A model generated the notes under the pieces. It ran no database searches and was not told the origin of the DNA. It saw nothing but the letters and a program-made list of their open reading frames with translations. From the NCBI GenBank assembly GCA_025351425.1, contig JANXVY010000031.1, positions 9,202 to 73,201 on the forward strand: 64,000 bases of DNA, written 5' to 3'. How positions within the stretch are numbered: the stretch's first letter is position 1; every line of letters begins with the position of its first letter. Positions 1 to 9,567 of the stretch are shown piece after piece. The position numbers and the translations under genes were made by a program. Source of the stretch: Hyphomicrobium sp. Its GTDB lineage: Bacteria > Pseudomonadota > Alphaproteobacteria > Rhizobiales > Hyphomicrobiaceae.

Positions 1-1103
1 AACGGCTTCTCATCCGACCCGCGCGGCTTTTCCGCGAGCAGCATGGATAGGCCGCGATGTCCCTTCTCGGCAGGATTGGTGCGCACAAGCACGGTCATGA
101 TGTCGGCGCGGACGGGATGCGTGATCCAGGTCTTCTGCCCGGTGATTTTGTAGACGTCGCCCTCGCGCACTGCGCGCGTCTTGAGCGAGGCGAGGTCGGA
201 GCCGGTGTTGGGCTCGGTGAACACGGCCGTGGGCAGCATTTCGCCGGACGCAATCTTGGGCAGGTAGCGCGCCTTCTGTTCCTCGGTGCCGTTGGCAAGG
301 ATCAGTTCGCCCGCGATTTCCGATCGCGTGCCGAGCGAACCGACACCGATGTAGCCGCGCGACAGCTCTTCAGAGACGACGCACATAGACTCTTTGCCAA
401 GCCCCACGCCGCCGAACTCTTCCGGCAGCGAAAGGCCGAACACGCCGAGATCGGCGAGCTTCTGGATAACTTCGAGCGGAATGTACTCGTTCTTGAGATG
501 CCACTCGTGGGCGAACGGGATGACTTCGGCGAGTGCGAACTTGCGCATGGTTTCGACGAGTTCGCCGTGGATTTCATCGAGACCGGCGTTGCCGAACGTG
601 GTGGCGTTGGGCTGTTCCGCGATCAGTTGCGCGAGCCGCGCTTTTACCGCGTCACTGGAACCGGTCGCGATCAACTCCTGGACCTCCGCTGTGTCCTCGA
701 ATGCGCGGATGTCGGCCTTGGAAATTCCCAGCGCCTCTGGGCGCACGACTTCGCCCTGGTTCATCGCAATGCCGCCCGCGAGTTGGGCGAGATATTCGGC
801 GAAGGCTGCCACCAAGATAAGCTGCTCGAAATCGTTGAATTTAGCTTGCGCGTTCAGGCCCTCGGCCCAACTCACCATCTGGCGCAAGCCTTCCACTGTG
901 GTCGCGCACCAGGCAAGGCCATGAGCAGAATGCTGAACCGCATCGACATCGCCGTTGACGGCCGCAATCTTGGCCGCAACCCCTGTCTTGGCCACAGCGA
1001 GTATGCGGTCAGCAGCCCTCAGTGCCTTGTGCGCCCGTTCGACGAGCCCCTTGGCATCGTAATCAATGGGACGGCCGGCGACGTTGCGAGCGGCAATGTT
1101 CAT
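1..1103 (-). CDS. acyl-CoA dehydrogenase family protein, N-terminal ~367 codons (gene runs off the window start)
   Basis: Absent from the ORF track because it has no stop codon inside the window. My own minus-strand translation from the ATG (complement of 1101-1103) reads MNIAARNVAGRPIDYDAKGLVERAHKAL...EVIPFAHEWHLKNEYIPLEVIQKLADLGVFGLSLPEEFGG...AVFTEPNTGSDLASLKTRAVREGDVYKITGQKTWITH, a typical ACAD pattern. The 57..1205 + ORF is its Arg/Gly-rich antisense shadow. Confidence 0.85.
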   Translation of the reverse strand, partial: MNIAARNVAGRPIDYDAKGLVERAHKALRAADRILAVAKTGVAAKIAAVNGDVDAVQHSAHGLAWCATTVEGLRQMVSWAEGLNAQAKFNDFEQLILVAAFAEYLAQLAGGIAMNQGEVVRPEALGISKADIRAFEDTAEVQELIATGSSDAVKARLAQLIAEQPNATTFGNAGLDEIHGELVETMRKFALAEVIPFAHEWHLKNEYIPLEVIQKLADLGVFGLSLPEEFGGVGLGKESMCVVSEELSRGYIGVGSLGTRSEIAGELILANGTEEQKARYLPKIASGEMLPTAVFTEPNTGSDLASLKTRAVREGDVYKITGQKTWITHPVRADIMTVLVRTNPAEKGHRGLSMLLAEKPRGSDEKP

Positions 1104-1230
1104 GGGGGTCAACCTCGAGCCAAAGAAGGGTGTCTGCAGTGTGCACTGCAAGATAGACATTGGGGTGAAGTTGGGAACGCCGTCAACTCGCAGCCCGGAT
1201 CATAGCCATGCGAGCATTAAAGTGCTTCCG

Positions 1231-1322
1231 GGAAAAGTGTGTAGCGGTTTTCCCGAAAGAAGCACGACAAAACAGAGACCTAGAGTCCTTCCGCGATTCT
1301 ATTTAAGTCGAAAGGACTCTAG
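1231..1322 (+). repeat. bipartite intergenic element, copy 1: conserved 5' module plus CTAG-bounded hairpin
   Basis: The module GGAAAAGTGTGTAGCGGTTTTCCCGAAAGAAGCACGACAAAACAGAGACCTAG aligns with the copies at 24061 and 36624. It is followed by a perfect 11-bp stem, CTAGAGTCCTT (1280-1290) / AAGGACTCTAG (1312-1322). Confidence 0.8.
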
Positions 1323-1359
1323 CGACATTCCGCCGCTCGGGCAGCGCGCCCGGCAGCGT

Positions 1360-1911
1360 TCAGCGATGGGCCATCACGCGCAGGAACGGCGGGGGCGGCA
1401 GGGTTGGCCGTCGCGCGGATGGCTCCTGGCAAACGATAGCGACGCTCGCCACGTCGGTAACCCGTCCGCCCGCCCCGTGCATGCGTTCTTCCCCAGCGAT
1501 CGCGGTCAACGGGAACAACTGGAGTGCCAACTTCTGCTCCGGAATGGACGAAGCCCGTTCCGGGCACGGCTCGACGGCTCGTTGGGGCAGCAACGCGATC
1601 TGATCGGCAAGCCTGGCCGAGAGCGTTTCGCAAGCAGGAGGCTCCAGCAGCGCGAGCGCGGCGCTTAGATGGTCATAGGCCTGATGCACGCGATCGGTAC
1701 TCTGCACCGCTGGCAATTCGGCCGCCTTGGGTTCTCGGGCAACACCGGCCCCCTGCAACGCGCGGAAATCGGGATTATTGGCAAGCACCAGGGCTGTCAG
1801 CCTGCGAGCTTCCCGCAGCGCCGCCAGATGCCGGGGCCAGTTATCGATGGGGCGCACGTCGATCGAACCGTTTTCCCCCGGACGTGGTTCAATCTGACGG
1901 TTATCGGTCAC
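1360..1911 (-). CDS. hypothetical protein (putative GTG start)
   Basis: 3' part of track ORF 1360..2376 (-). GC3-rich codons run from the in-frame GTG at 1911 (VTDNRQIEPRPGENGSIDVRPIDNWPRHLAALREARRL...). The upstream part of the ORF overlaps the EamA gene and is rejected. I recognise no family. Confidence 0.35.
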   Translation of the reverse strand: MTDNRQIEPRPGENGSIDVRPIDNWPRHLAALREARRLTALVLANNPDFRALQGAGVAREPKAAELPAVQSTDRVHQAYDHLSAALALLEPPACETLSARLADQIALLPQRAVEPCPERASSIPEQKLALQLFPLTAIAGEERMHGAGGRVTDVASVAIVCQEPSARRPTLPPPPFLRVMAHR

Positions 1912-1985
1912 GCGCGCGCCCCATGGCTGGCCACACCACGGGGGTTGCAAGTCCGGGACCAGGACCAATGGGACCAACGAATGGA

Positions 1986-2864
1986 TCAGGGAATCGACGG
2001 CGGCCGCTTCACTTGCATGAGCAAGACCGCGATCGAAACGACGACCAGCCCCACCAATTGAACTTCGGTCAATTTCTCGTTGAAGATCAGGAACGAGAGC
2101 ACCGCCGTCACGCCCGGCACGAGGTAGAACAGCGCCGAGATTCGCGATACCGCGTTTTCCCGCAGCAGCATCATCAGTAACCCCATCGCGCCGATCGACA
2201 GCACGATCACCAGCCAGGCGAGCGCCCCGATGACGCCAGGGGTCCAATCGACGTGGCGGGTCTCGAACAACAGCGCGAGCGGCGCGACAATAACAAGCGC
2301 GCCCGTATATTGCCAGATCGCGCCTGCCAACAGGTCTATGCCGCCAGCGTGCCGCTTCTGGTAGATGGTGCCGCACGTGATCGCAAACAGCGCGAGAACG
2401 ACGGAAAACAGCGTTGCCGGCGTGATGCCGGCAACAACCGTCGTCATCAGCTTAGGCGCAACGACCATACCGGCGCCCACGAGCCCAAGGCTAGCGCCGA
2501 GCCAGTTGACCCGTGAGAGTGTCTCGCCAAGAAAGATCCCTGCCAGCACGGCCGTCAGCACCGGCTGGAGGCTGACGATCAGCGCCGAAACGTTGGCCGC
2601 CATCCCGGCCCGCATCGCCCACATTACGCCGGACAAATAGACCGCGTGCACCAGCGCCCCGACGATCATGGCATTGCGCCGCTCAGTGCCCGTGAGGCGG
2701 CGCGTGCCCATCGCCCAGCCGAGCGGGATGAGCAGCGCCAACACCAGCACGAATCGGATCGAGATGAACGTAAACGGTTCGGCCCCCGTTGCTCCAAGCT
2801 TCGTCCCGATGAATCCAGTCGACCACAGCAGGACAAAGAGCGCCGGCGCGACACGGCTGAGCAT
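1986..2864 (-). CDS. DMT-superfamily (EamA-like) transporter
   Basis: Track ORF 1986..2972 trimmed to the internal Met (MLSRVAPALFVLLWSTGFIG...). It has about 10 hydrophobic helices and two EamA-like halves. Confidence 0.85.
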   Translation of the reverse strand: MLSRVAPALFVLLWSTGFIGTKLGATGAEPFTFISIRFVLVLALLIPLGWAMGTRRLTGTERRNAMIVGALVHAVYLSGVMWAMRAGMAANVSALIVSLQPVLTAVLAGIFLGETLSRVNWLGASLGLVGAGMVVAPKLMTTVVAGITPATLFSVVLALFAITCGTIYQKRHAGGIDLLAGAIWQYTGALVIVAPLALLFETRHVDWTPGVIGALAWLVIVLSIGAMGLLMMLLRENAVSRISALFYLVPGVTAVLSFLIFNEKLTEVQLVGLVVVSIAVLLMQVKRPPSIP

Positions 2865-3035
2865 GGCGGAACTCCCATTCAAACGCGCTACCTGTCTCGA
2901 ATTTGCACGCTCATGCAACCGCGTTTTTCGGCAACGCCAACCCTCGGCCGGGAAATCCGGCACAAAAATCAACGAATCCGTAACGGTTTTAGCTGCTTAG
3001 TGCCGATTGGACTGCGGCGCTTGAGCACCCAAAAA

Positions 3036-4475
3036 ATGACCATTGCGAACAACATGGGCGGCGGCCTGGCTGGAGCTTGGCAAGACCGGAGATCTGGCCC
3101 CGGCCGGATGCTCGGTCGGGAAGATCGCGCCGTATTGATGCGCTATGCCCGGCAGTGCCTGATCAGCGCGTTGATGGCGTGGGCTTTGGCCTTCGGATAT
3201 CTCGTTTTTACACCCGTAAAATACACGAGCCGGTGGACGCTGATCCTGCCTGGCTCGGCCCAGAGCCAGACGATGCAGCTGGATACGATCGGCCAAGCGA
3301 CCTCCACGGCCAACTCGCCCTTTGGCTCCGTCTCGCTGTCTCCTAAAGTGGTGTACCGCGAAATCGCCGACAGCGATCTCGTGCGCATTGCGGCGAGCGA
3401 ATCCATGGGCATGACCTATCAGGAATTCGGCCGCCCGCGCATCAAGCTGATCGACGAGACGGGTCTGATGCAGTTCGAGATGGGCGGACGTACGCCGCAG
3501 ATCGCGCAGAAGAAAGCGGTGGCCTCGATCGCAGCTCTCAACCACCAGCTTGAAATATTGCGCAAGGACGAGCTGGAGAAACGCGCCGCTGCGACGACCC
3601 TCAACCTGCAGGGATATAAAGACGCGGTCGACGGCGCGCGCCAGAAGATCACCGACATTCAGCTCTCCACTGGTCTCGTATCAGTCAACCAGTTCAACGA
3701 AAGCGTCGGCAACCTCGGCACGACGCGGCGCAAGCTGACAGACCTCGTCGGCGAACTTGGCCGGTTGCGGCAGGAACAGGCCCAGCTGGTCGACCGGATC
3801 GGCATCAATCCAAGCCAGGCCAGCCTCGCCTTGCGCATGGCGGCCGATCCAGCACTCGTCAAGATCGTCACGGAATACTCCGACGCGAACGGTTTGTATG
3901 AAGCCGAAACGCGCCGGCTGGGTCCCGAAAATCCTTATCTGATCAACATCGAGAAGCGCCGCTCGGCCGCGCGCGAACAGCTGCTCCAGCTGGTCTCGAA
4001 GCTGGAACTGGGCAGTTCGTCCGAAGGCCGCGCCTTGATCTTGCTGACCAATGTCTCCCATCAAGCCGAACTGCTGACCCAGTTGGTGCGCAACGAAAGC
4101 GTCATCGAGGGCAAAAGCCGCGAGATCGAAACCCTGACGGCCGAAAAGGCCCGATTGGAGGACGAGATCACCCGGTTGAGCGCAGCGGCGGCCCAGCTCG
4201 AGGACTTGAAGAAGAACCAGATCCTGGCTGAAGCAGTTTATGCCTCTGCCGTCGCGCGCGTCGATACCTCGAAATCCGATATCTACGGCGCCTATCCGAT
4301 CGTCCAGGTCTTGGCGCCACCTAATCTGCCCGAAGGGCACGAGCAGCCCCGCCGCCTGTATGCGTTTGCAGGCGGCATGGCAGGATCGCTCTTTTCCATC
4401 ATCGCCTGGGGCCTCGCATGGCTGCACTATCAGCAATCGACAAGACGCCGGAAGAAGAACTTGTCCACTGGGTGA
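3036..4475 (+). CDS. polysaccharide chain-length determinant / GumC-like exopolysaccharide export protein (no kinase domain)
   Basis: Track ORF 2646..4475 trimmed to MTIANNMGGG (ATG at 3036). It has an N-terminal TM helix, a long coiled-coil periplasmic region (LTAEKARLEDEITRLSAAAAQLEDLKKNQ) and a C-terminal TM helix (LYAFAGGMAGSLFSIIAWGLAWL). Confidence 0.8.
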   Translation: MTIANNMGGGLAGAWQDRRSGPGRMLGREDRAVLMRYARQCLISALMAWALAFGYLVFTPVKYTSRWTLILPGSAQSQTMQLDTIGQATSTANSPFGSVSLSPKVVYREIADSDLVRIAASESMGMTYQEFGRPRIKLIDETGLMQFEMGGRTPQIAQKKAVASIAALNHQLEILRKDELEKRAAATTLNLQGYKDAVDGARQKITDIQLSTGLVSVNQFNESVGNLGTTRRKLTDLVGELGRLRQEQAQLVDRIGINPSQASLALRMAADPALVKIVTEYSDANGLYEAETRRLGPENPYLINIEKRRSAAREQLLQLVSKLELGSSSEGRALILLTNVSHQAELLTQLVRNESVIEGKSREIETLTAEKARLEDEITRLSAAAAQLEDLKKNQILAEAVYASAVARVDTSKSDIYGAYPIVQVLAPPNLPEGHEQPRRLYAFAGGMAGSLFSIIAWGLAWLHYQQSTRRRKKNLSTG

Positions 4476-5716
4476 TCGTCGGCACGTGGGCAATTTGGCT
4501 CATTGGCGGCCTCTACCATATCTATCCGATCGTGGCCTGGACGCTGGCTGGCTGGGGATTTGGCCGCCGGTTTGGCTGGCTCGGCCCTGCCGATGCGCCG
4601 ATGTTGAAGCCCCTGCCCACCGGCGTCTGGGTTTGGATGGCCGGTATGGCGCTGATGGCATTGGCCCTCATCGCTGGCCACATCAATTTTGAGCTCGGCC
4701 TCGACACCTTGATCAAGTCGCTGCTGGGCTGGATGAAGGGATGGGCGCTGTTTGCGGTGCTGCCGTTCGCAGGCGCCTCGCTTCGCATCCGCCCCCAGAT
4801 CCTGTATCGCGCGCTCAACCTTTTGAGTGCACAGACCCTGGTGATAGCGCCCGTGTTCTACCTGGCCTCCATGACGGGGCTGCCGCCGGTGCTCTACACA
4901 TCGCCGCTATATTACCTGGGCGGAGCCCCAGCCACGTTTTTCGACGTCGGCACCCATTGGATCGACCCGGGCGCGAACGATATCCGCTTCCGGCTGTACG
5001 CCCCCTGGAGCCCAGCCATGGCCTTCACCGCACAGCTCTCGATGATGATGGGACTGTTCGACCGCGACTGGCGCTGGCGCATCATCGCGGTCGTGACCGC
5101 AATGGTCGCGTGCATGTTGGCGAAGTCACGGCTCTCGCTGGTTGCCCTGCCCGTCCTGATGTTGGCGATCCCCGTCCTGTCTCACCTTTACCGTCCGGCC
5201 ATCGTAGCCTTGGCCGGCGTCGCAAGCCTGGCCGGCGCCCTGATGTTCAATAGCGTGATGGCAACGATCGACACGGCCGTCGCAAGCTTCAACAACGCGC
5301 GCGCCGACAGCAGCCGCGTCCGCGCAACGCTGCAACGGATTGCCGTCCACCGCTGGCAAAACGAAGCGCCGGTGTTCGGCCACGGCGCGGTGGAGCGCGG
5401 CTCTCACCTGGTCGAGTTCATGCCGATCGGCTCCCACCATACCTGGAACGGATTGCTGTTCGTGAAAGGCGGCGTCGGCTTTCTGGCGCTTGCGGGTCCC
5501 TTCCTGTGGACGTTCATTGAGATCTTGATCAAGGCGCAACGCGACCGGGTGGCGCGCTCCTGCCTCGGCGTCATGATCGTGCTGTTCATAAATTCGTTCG
5601 GCGAGAACCTCGAGATCCTGAGCTACCTCGCATGGCCCGGATTGCTGCTCATCGGCATGGCGCTGAACCGCCGCACGGTAGGACTTTGGTCAGAAACTCT
5701 CGGAACGCCCCGTTGA
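4418..5716 (+). CDS. O-antigen ligase/polymerase (Wzy-like) family membrane protein
   Basis: 432-aa polytopic membrane ORF with a Wzy_C-like loop (RLSLVALPVLMLAIP...VFGHGAVERGSHL). It lies within the polysaccharide locus. Confidence 0.8.
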   Translation: MAALSAIDKTPEEELVHWVIVGTWAIWLIGGLYHIYPIVAWTLAGWGFGRRFGWLGPADAPMLKPLPTGVWVWMAGMALMALALIAGHINFELGLDTLIKSLLGWMKGWALFAVLPFAGASLRIRPQILYRALNLLSAQTLVIAPVFYLASMTGLPPVLYTSPLYYLGGAPATFFDVGTHWIDPGANDIRFRLYAPWSPAMAFTAQLSMMMGLFDRDWRWRIIAVVTAMVACMLAKSRLSLVALPVLMLAIPVLSHLYRPAIVALAGVASLAGALMFNSVMATIDTAVASFNNARADSSRVRATLQRIAVHRWQNEAPVFGHGAVERGSHLVEFMPIGSHHTWNGLLFVKGGVGFLALAGPFLWTFIEILIKAQRDRVARSCLGVMIVLFINSFGENLEILSYLAWPGLLLIGMALNRRTVGLWSETLGTPR

Positions 5717-5977
5717 AGAATGTTGAGGATGGTGGCATGACACCCATGCAACGGTGCCGAAGTTACCAAACCCCACGCAACGAAAGTCATTTGCTTGAAT
5801 TGACGAGGACAATCGTCCGGCATCGGCCTATGCTGCGGAGCGGTAACTTATGCTAAGGGAACGGGTGTTGGCGGGCGGTGAGACGGTGCGCTTAATTAAG
5901 ACGGTCGCCTTAGTAAATAGCCAACCAACTGACACCGCGGCGGCACATTTGATCAAAAAGCTATTTTCTGTTCCCTC

Positions 5978-7147
5978 ATGAAACAAAGACTCGTTTATCT
6001 GGTAACCGAAGATTGGGCGTTCTGGCGCCACCGCTTGCCGATGGCGCGGGCCGCCCGCGATGCGGGTTTCGAAGTCCATGTGATTACCAACATCTCGGAC
6101 CGGGCGACGGGCATCAAGGCCGAGGGGTTCGAGCTGCATCAGGTCGACCTCAAGCGCGGCAGCGTTTCGCCCGCCGACACGATCAGCCCGATCATGAGGG
6201 TGCGCCAGTGCCTGAAGGACATCAAACCAGAGGTGATCCACAACGTTGCCTTGAAGCCGCTGGTCATTGGATCGGTGGCTGCCTGGGGCATGAACGAGAT
6301 CAGCGTCGTCAATTCGATCAACGGCTTGGGGTCGGCCTTCATCTCGACGTCCATCCGCGGCCACGTCATCCGCCTGAGCCTCGAACGCACGTTGCGCCTG
6401 TTGCTGAACCGGCCGAATACCCGCACCATCGTGCAAAATCCGGAAGATTTGTCCGCCGTCGAACGCATCGGCGTCGATCCCAGCCGGCTCGTCCTTGTTC
6501 CAGGCTCGGGCGTCGACTGCGACAAGCTCAGCCCGCTGCCCGAACCCACCCCCGATCCGATCAAGATCGCTTTCGTTGGACGCATGTTGGACGACAAGGG
6601 CTTGCGCAGCCTCATCCGGGCGCAACGTATTTTGCGCTCGCGCGGCGAAGCGATCGAGCTTCTGCTTGCGGGCGAACCCGATCCGGAGAACCCAACGTCC
6701 ATCACGCAGGCCGAACTCGATGCGTGGTCCAAGGAACCCGGCATTCGCTGGCTTGGCCACGTCGAACACGTTCGCGATGTCTGGGAACAAGCCCACATTG
6801 CGGTCCTCCCGTCGCGGGGCGAAGGCTTGCCCAAGAGCCTGCTGGAAGCCGCAGCCTGCGGCCGGCCCTTGATCGCGACCGACGTGCCCGGCTGCCGCGA
6901 AATCGTGATCCAGGGCGAAACCGGCCTGCTCGTCAAGGTGAACGACGACATCGCACTCGCCAACGCAATGAGCGCGCTTGCGCACGATCCTGTCGCACGC
7001 GCAAACATGGGACGCGCGGCCCGCAATCTGACGGTCACTCGATTTTCGTCCGCCGACATTGGCCGCCAAACAGTGGCGGTCTACCGCAATCTTCTGAAAG
7101 CGGGTGCAACTGCGCAGGAGCTGGCTGAACAGCAGCCAATCGGTTAG
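5978..7147 (+). CDS. glycosyltransferase family 4 (GT-B, group 1)
   Basis: 389 aa. The C-terminal half carries the EX7E-type motif region: PSRGEGLPKSLLEAAACGRPLIATDVPGCREIV. Confidence 0.9.
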   Translation: MKQRLVYLVTEDWAFWRHRLPMARAARDAGFEVHVITNISDRATGIKAEGFELHQVDLKRGSVSPADTISPIMRVRQCLKDIKPEVIHNVALKPLVIGSVAAWGMNEISVVNSINGLGSAFISTSIRGHVIRLSLERTLRLLLNRPNTRTIVQNPEDLSAVERIGVDPSRLVLVPGSGVDCDKLSPLPEPTPDPIKIAFVGRMLDDKGLRSLIRAQRILRSRGEAIELLLAGEPDPENPTSITQAELDAWSKEPGIRWLGHVEHVRDVWEQAHIAVLPSRGEGLPKSLLEAAACGRPLIATDVPGCREIVIQGETGLLVKVNDDIALANAMSALAHDPVARANMGRAARNLTVTRFSSADIGRQTVAVYRNLLKAGATAQELAEQQPIG

Positions 7148-7204
7148 ATCAGGCTGATCTCCGGGTTCGGAGCGAACGCCAGACCGCTTGAGTTGCACAA
7201 TCAC

Positions 7205-8209
7205 ATGAAGATCCTTGTCACCGGAGCTGCGGGCTTCATCGGCTTTCACACCGCGTCCACCCTCCTTGCAGCGGGCCATACCGTCGTCGGCGTCGACAAT
7301 TTCAATGCCTATTACGATGTCGGCTTGAAACGCGCCCGCGCAGCACGGCTGGCCGGCGACCGCTTCCGGCTGGTCGAAATGGACTTGGCGAACCGCGAGG
7401 CCACGCAAAAGCTGTTCGACACCGAACGCTTCGACCGCGTCGTACATCTCGCAGCGCAGGCCGGCGTTCGCTACTCGATCGACCATCCCCACGCCTACGC
7501 CGATGCCAACCTGGTGGGCTTCCTCAACGTCCTGGAAGGCTGCCGGCAGACGGCCGTCGGCCACTGCGTGTTCGCATCCTCCAGTTCGGTCTACGGCGCC
7601 AACACCACGATGCCATTTCATGTCGAGGACAATGTCGATCACCCACTATCATTGTATGCAGCAACCAAGAAAGCCAATGAGCTGATGGCGCACAGCTACG
7701 CCCACCTCTACCGGCTTCCGCTGACGGGCCTGCGCTTTTTCACCGTCTACGGTCCCTGGGGCCGTCCCGACATGGCCGTCTACGGCTTCACGAAAAAGAT
7801 CCTGGCCGGCGAGCCCATCGACATATTCAACAACGGCCACCATGCGCGCGACTTCACCTACATCGACGACATCGTGACGGGCGTGGTGCGCACCTTGGAT
7901 CACACCCCCGCACCCGATCCCGCCTGGAGCGGCGCACACCCCACGCCCGCATCATCATCCGCGCCCTATCGCCTCTATAATATCGGCAACGCGAATCCGA
8001 CCGAGCTAATGACGCTCATAGCGACGCTCGAAGGCCTGCTCGGCAAGACCGCCATCAAGCGCTTCCTGCCGATGCAGCCGGGCGACGTGCTGGCGACTGG
8101 AGCCGACGTGAGCGCACTCACCGCAGCCGTTGGCTTTGCCCCATCGACGCCGATCGAAGAGGGATTGGCGCGCTTTGTCGCCTGGTACCGCGCTTATCAC
8201 GGCGTCTGA
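7205..8209 (+). CDS. NAD-dependent epimerase/dehydratase (UDP-glucuronate 4-epimerase-like)
   Basis: MKILVTGAAGFIGFH Rossmann motif, SSSSVYG, and YAATKKANE (YxxxK). Trimmed from the track ORF starting at 7193. Confidence 0.9.
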   Translation: MKILVTGAAGFIGFHTASTLLAAGHTVVGVDNFNAYYDVGLKRARAARLAGDRFRLVEMDLANREATQKLFDTERFDRVVHLAAQAGVRYSIDHPHAYADANLVGFLNVLEGCRQTAVGHCVFASSSSVYGANTTMPFHVEDNVDHPLSLYAATKKANELMAHSYAHLYRLPLTGLRFFTVYGPWGRPDMAVYGFTKKILAGEPIDIFNNGHHARDFTYIDDIVTGVVRTLDHTPAPDPAWSGAHPTPASSSAPYRLYNIGNANPTELMTLIATLEGLLGKTAIKRFLPMQPGDVLATGADVSALTAAVGFAPSTPIEEGLARFVAWYRAYHGV

Positions 8210-8211
8210 AC

Positions 8212-8240
8212 GAAAAACGCCCGCCGGTGAAGGCGGGCGT
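8212..8240 (-). terminator. rho-independent terminator downstream of phaB
   Basis: Stem ACGCCCGCC (8217-8225) / GGCGGGCGT (8232-8240). The plus-strand A-run at 8213-8217 gives a U-tract when read on the minus strand. It lies between convergent genes. Confidence 0.6.
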
Positions 8241-8341
8241 CAATCAACCGGTGCAAGTGCTCATGGGGCAAAAGCGACGAGGCCATCCTCGCCCGCACCC
8301 ACGAAGCGCCCCGGCGCATGCGCGCCAAAGCGCGAGCCCCC

Positions 8342-9067
8342 TCAAATCATGTACTGGCCGCCGTTGGCGGTGATAGTCGCGCCGGTGATGAAGCCGGCGT
8401 CGTCGGCGGCAAGGAACGCCACGCAGCGCGCGATCTCTTCAGGCTCGCCGAGACGGCCAACCGGGATGAACGGCAGGATCGACTTTTCCAGCACGGCTGG
8501 ATCGATCGCCTTCACCATTTCCGTCGCGATATAGCCCGGACAGATCGCGTTGACGGTGATGCCTGCGCGCGCGCCTTCCTGAGCCAGCGCCTTCACGAAG
8601 CCGATGTCACCCGACTTGGCGGCCGAATAATTAACCTGGCCCATCTGACCCTTCTGCCCGTTCACCGACGAGATGCAGATGACGCGGCCGAACTTGCGCG
8701 CGCGCATTCCTTCCCAGACCGGACGGGTCATGTTGAACAGCGAATTCAAGTTGGTGTTGATGACGCCATACCACTGATCGGGCGTCATCTTGTGGAACAT
8801 GCTGTCCTTGGTGATTCCGGCATTGTTGACCAGGACGTCGATAGGTCCCAGATCCTTTTCGACCTGCGCAAGGCCCGCCACACAAGCGTCATAGCTCGAC
8901 ACGTCCCACTTGTAGACCGGGATGCCGGTCTCGGCCTGGAACTGCTGAGCGGCGGCGTCGTTGCCGGCGTAAGTCGCCGCAACCCGATACCCCTTTGCTT
9001 TGAGACCGACTGAAATCGCGTGGCCAATTCCGCGCGTTCCTCCAGTAACGATAGCAACCCGTGTCAT
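8342..9067 (-). CDS. phaB: acetoacetyl-CoA reductase
   Basis: MTRVAIVTGGTRGIGHAI...NAGITKD...YSAAKSGDIGF...ANGGQYMI, an SDR with the PhaB-typical sequence. Trimmed to the Met at 9067. Confidence 0.92.
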   Translation of the reverse strand: MTRVAIVTGGTRGIGHAISVGLKAKGYRVAATYAGNDAAAQQFQAETGIPVYKWDVSSYDACVAGLAQVEKDLGPIDVLVNNAGITKDSMFHKMTPDQWYGVINTNLNSLFNMTRPVWEGMRARKFGRVICISSVNGQKGQMGQVNYSAAKSGDIGFVKALAQEGARAGITVNAICPGYIATEMVKAIDPAVLEKSILPFIPVGRLGEPEEIARCVAFLAADDAGFITGATITANGGQYMI

Positions 9068-9224
9068 GCGACGTTCTCCCTGGTGCCTGCCTTGCAGACA
9101 GGTTTTTGATGACTTTTTTGTTCGATTCAAACGCTTTGCGGTGTCTTAACTCGCAGGTCACGTTCACATTATTTTCAGTCCGCGCACTTACGATATCGCC
9201 GTTGCATACCTTGGAGACTCTCCT

Positions 9225-9515
9225 ATGTCGTGGATCGATCAGATCGTTGGATTCCTCATCGTCAGTCTGGCGTTCAGTTGGCCATATTTTGCTACTGTAA
9301 AGGGCATTTACGCGGCCCGCGGCAGAACCGGCACGAAGCGTGGCGTCTGGCTCGTTAGTGCTGGAATGTTCGGGCTCGCGTGCGTTCTTCCCTTTACGGC
9401 TGAAGGCCAGAAAACTGGTTCGTTCCTGACATTCTCGATCATGTTTGCCTGGGCGGCGATGCCGCTATTGGCGGTTTATGGACCGTTGGCGATCAAGCGA
9501 ATTGAGATCGATTGA
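9225..9515 (+). CDS. small hypothetical membrane protein (3 predicted TM helices)
   Basis: 96-aa ORF with hydrophobic segments. It is visibly lower in GC than its neighbours and lies opposite in orientation between phaB and phaA. Confidence 0.5.
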   Translation: MSWIDQIVGFLIVSLAFSWPYFATVKGIYAARGRTGTKRGVWLVSAGMFGLACVLPFTAEGQKTGSFLTFSIMFAWAAMPLLAVYGPLAIKRIEID

Positions 9516-9567
9516 CGGCGTCGACGAGCGCTGATCGCCGTCAGCAATCGTCGAAAACCCGTCATAC

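Noticed and set aside
57-1205. Long ORFs on the opposite strand or in alternate frames of well-supported genes. Examples: 57..1205 +, 5828..7642 -, 9703..10776 +, 15769..16809 +, 22669..23856 -, 29371..31011 -, 30480..31979 +, 43221..44921 -, 45961..47337 -, 52262..53551 -, 53518..54783 +, 56759..57772 +.
   Set aside because: They have the Arg/Gly/Pro/Ala-rich composition typical of out-of-frame translation of high-GC DNA and contain no recognisable motifs. Each is fully overlapped by an ORF with a clear family signature.
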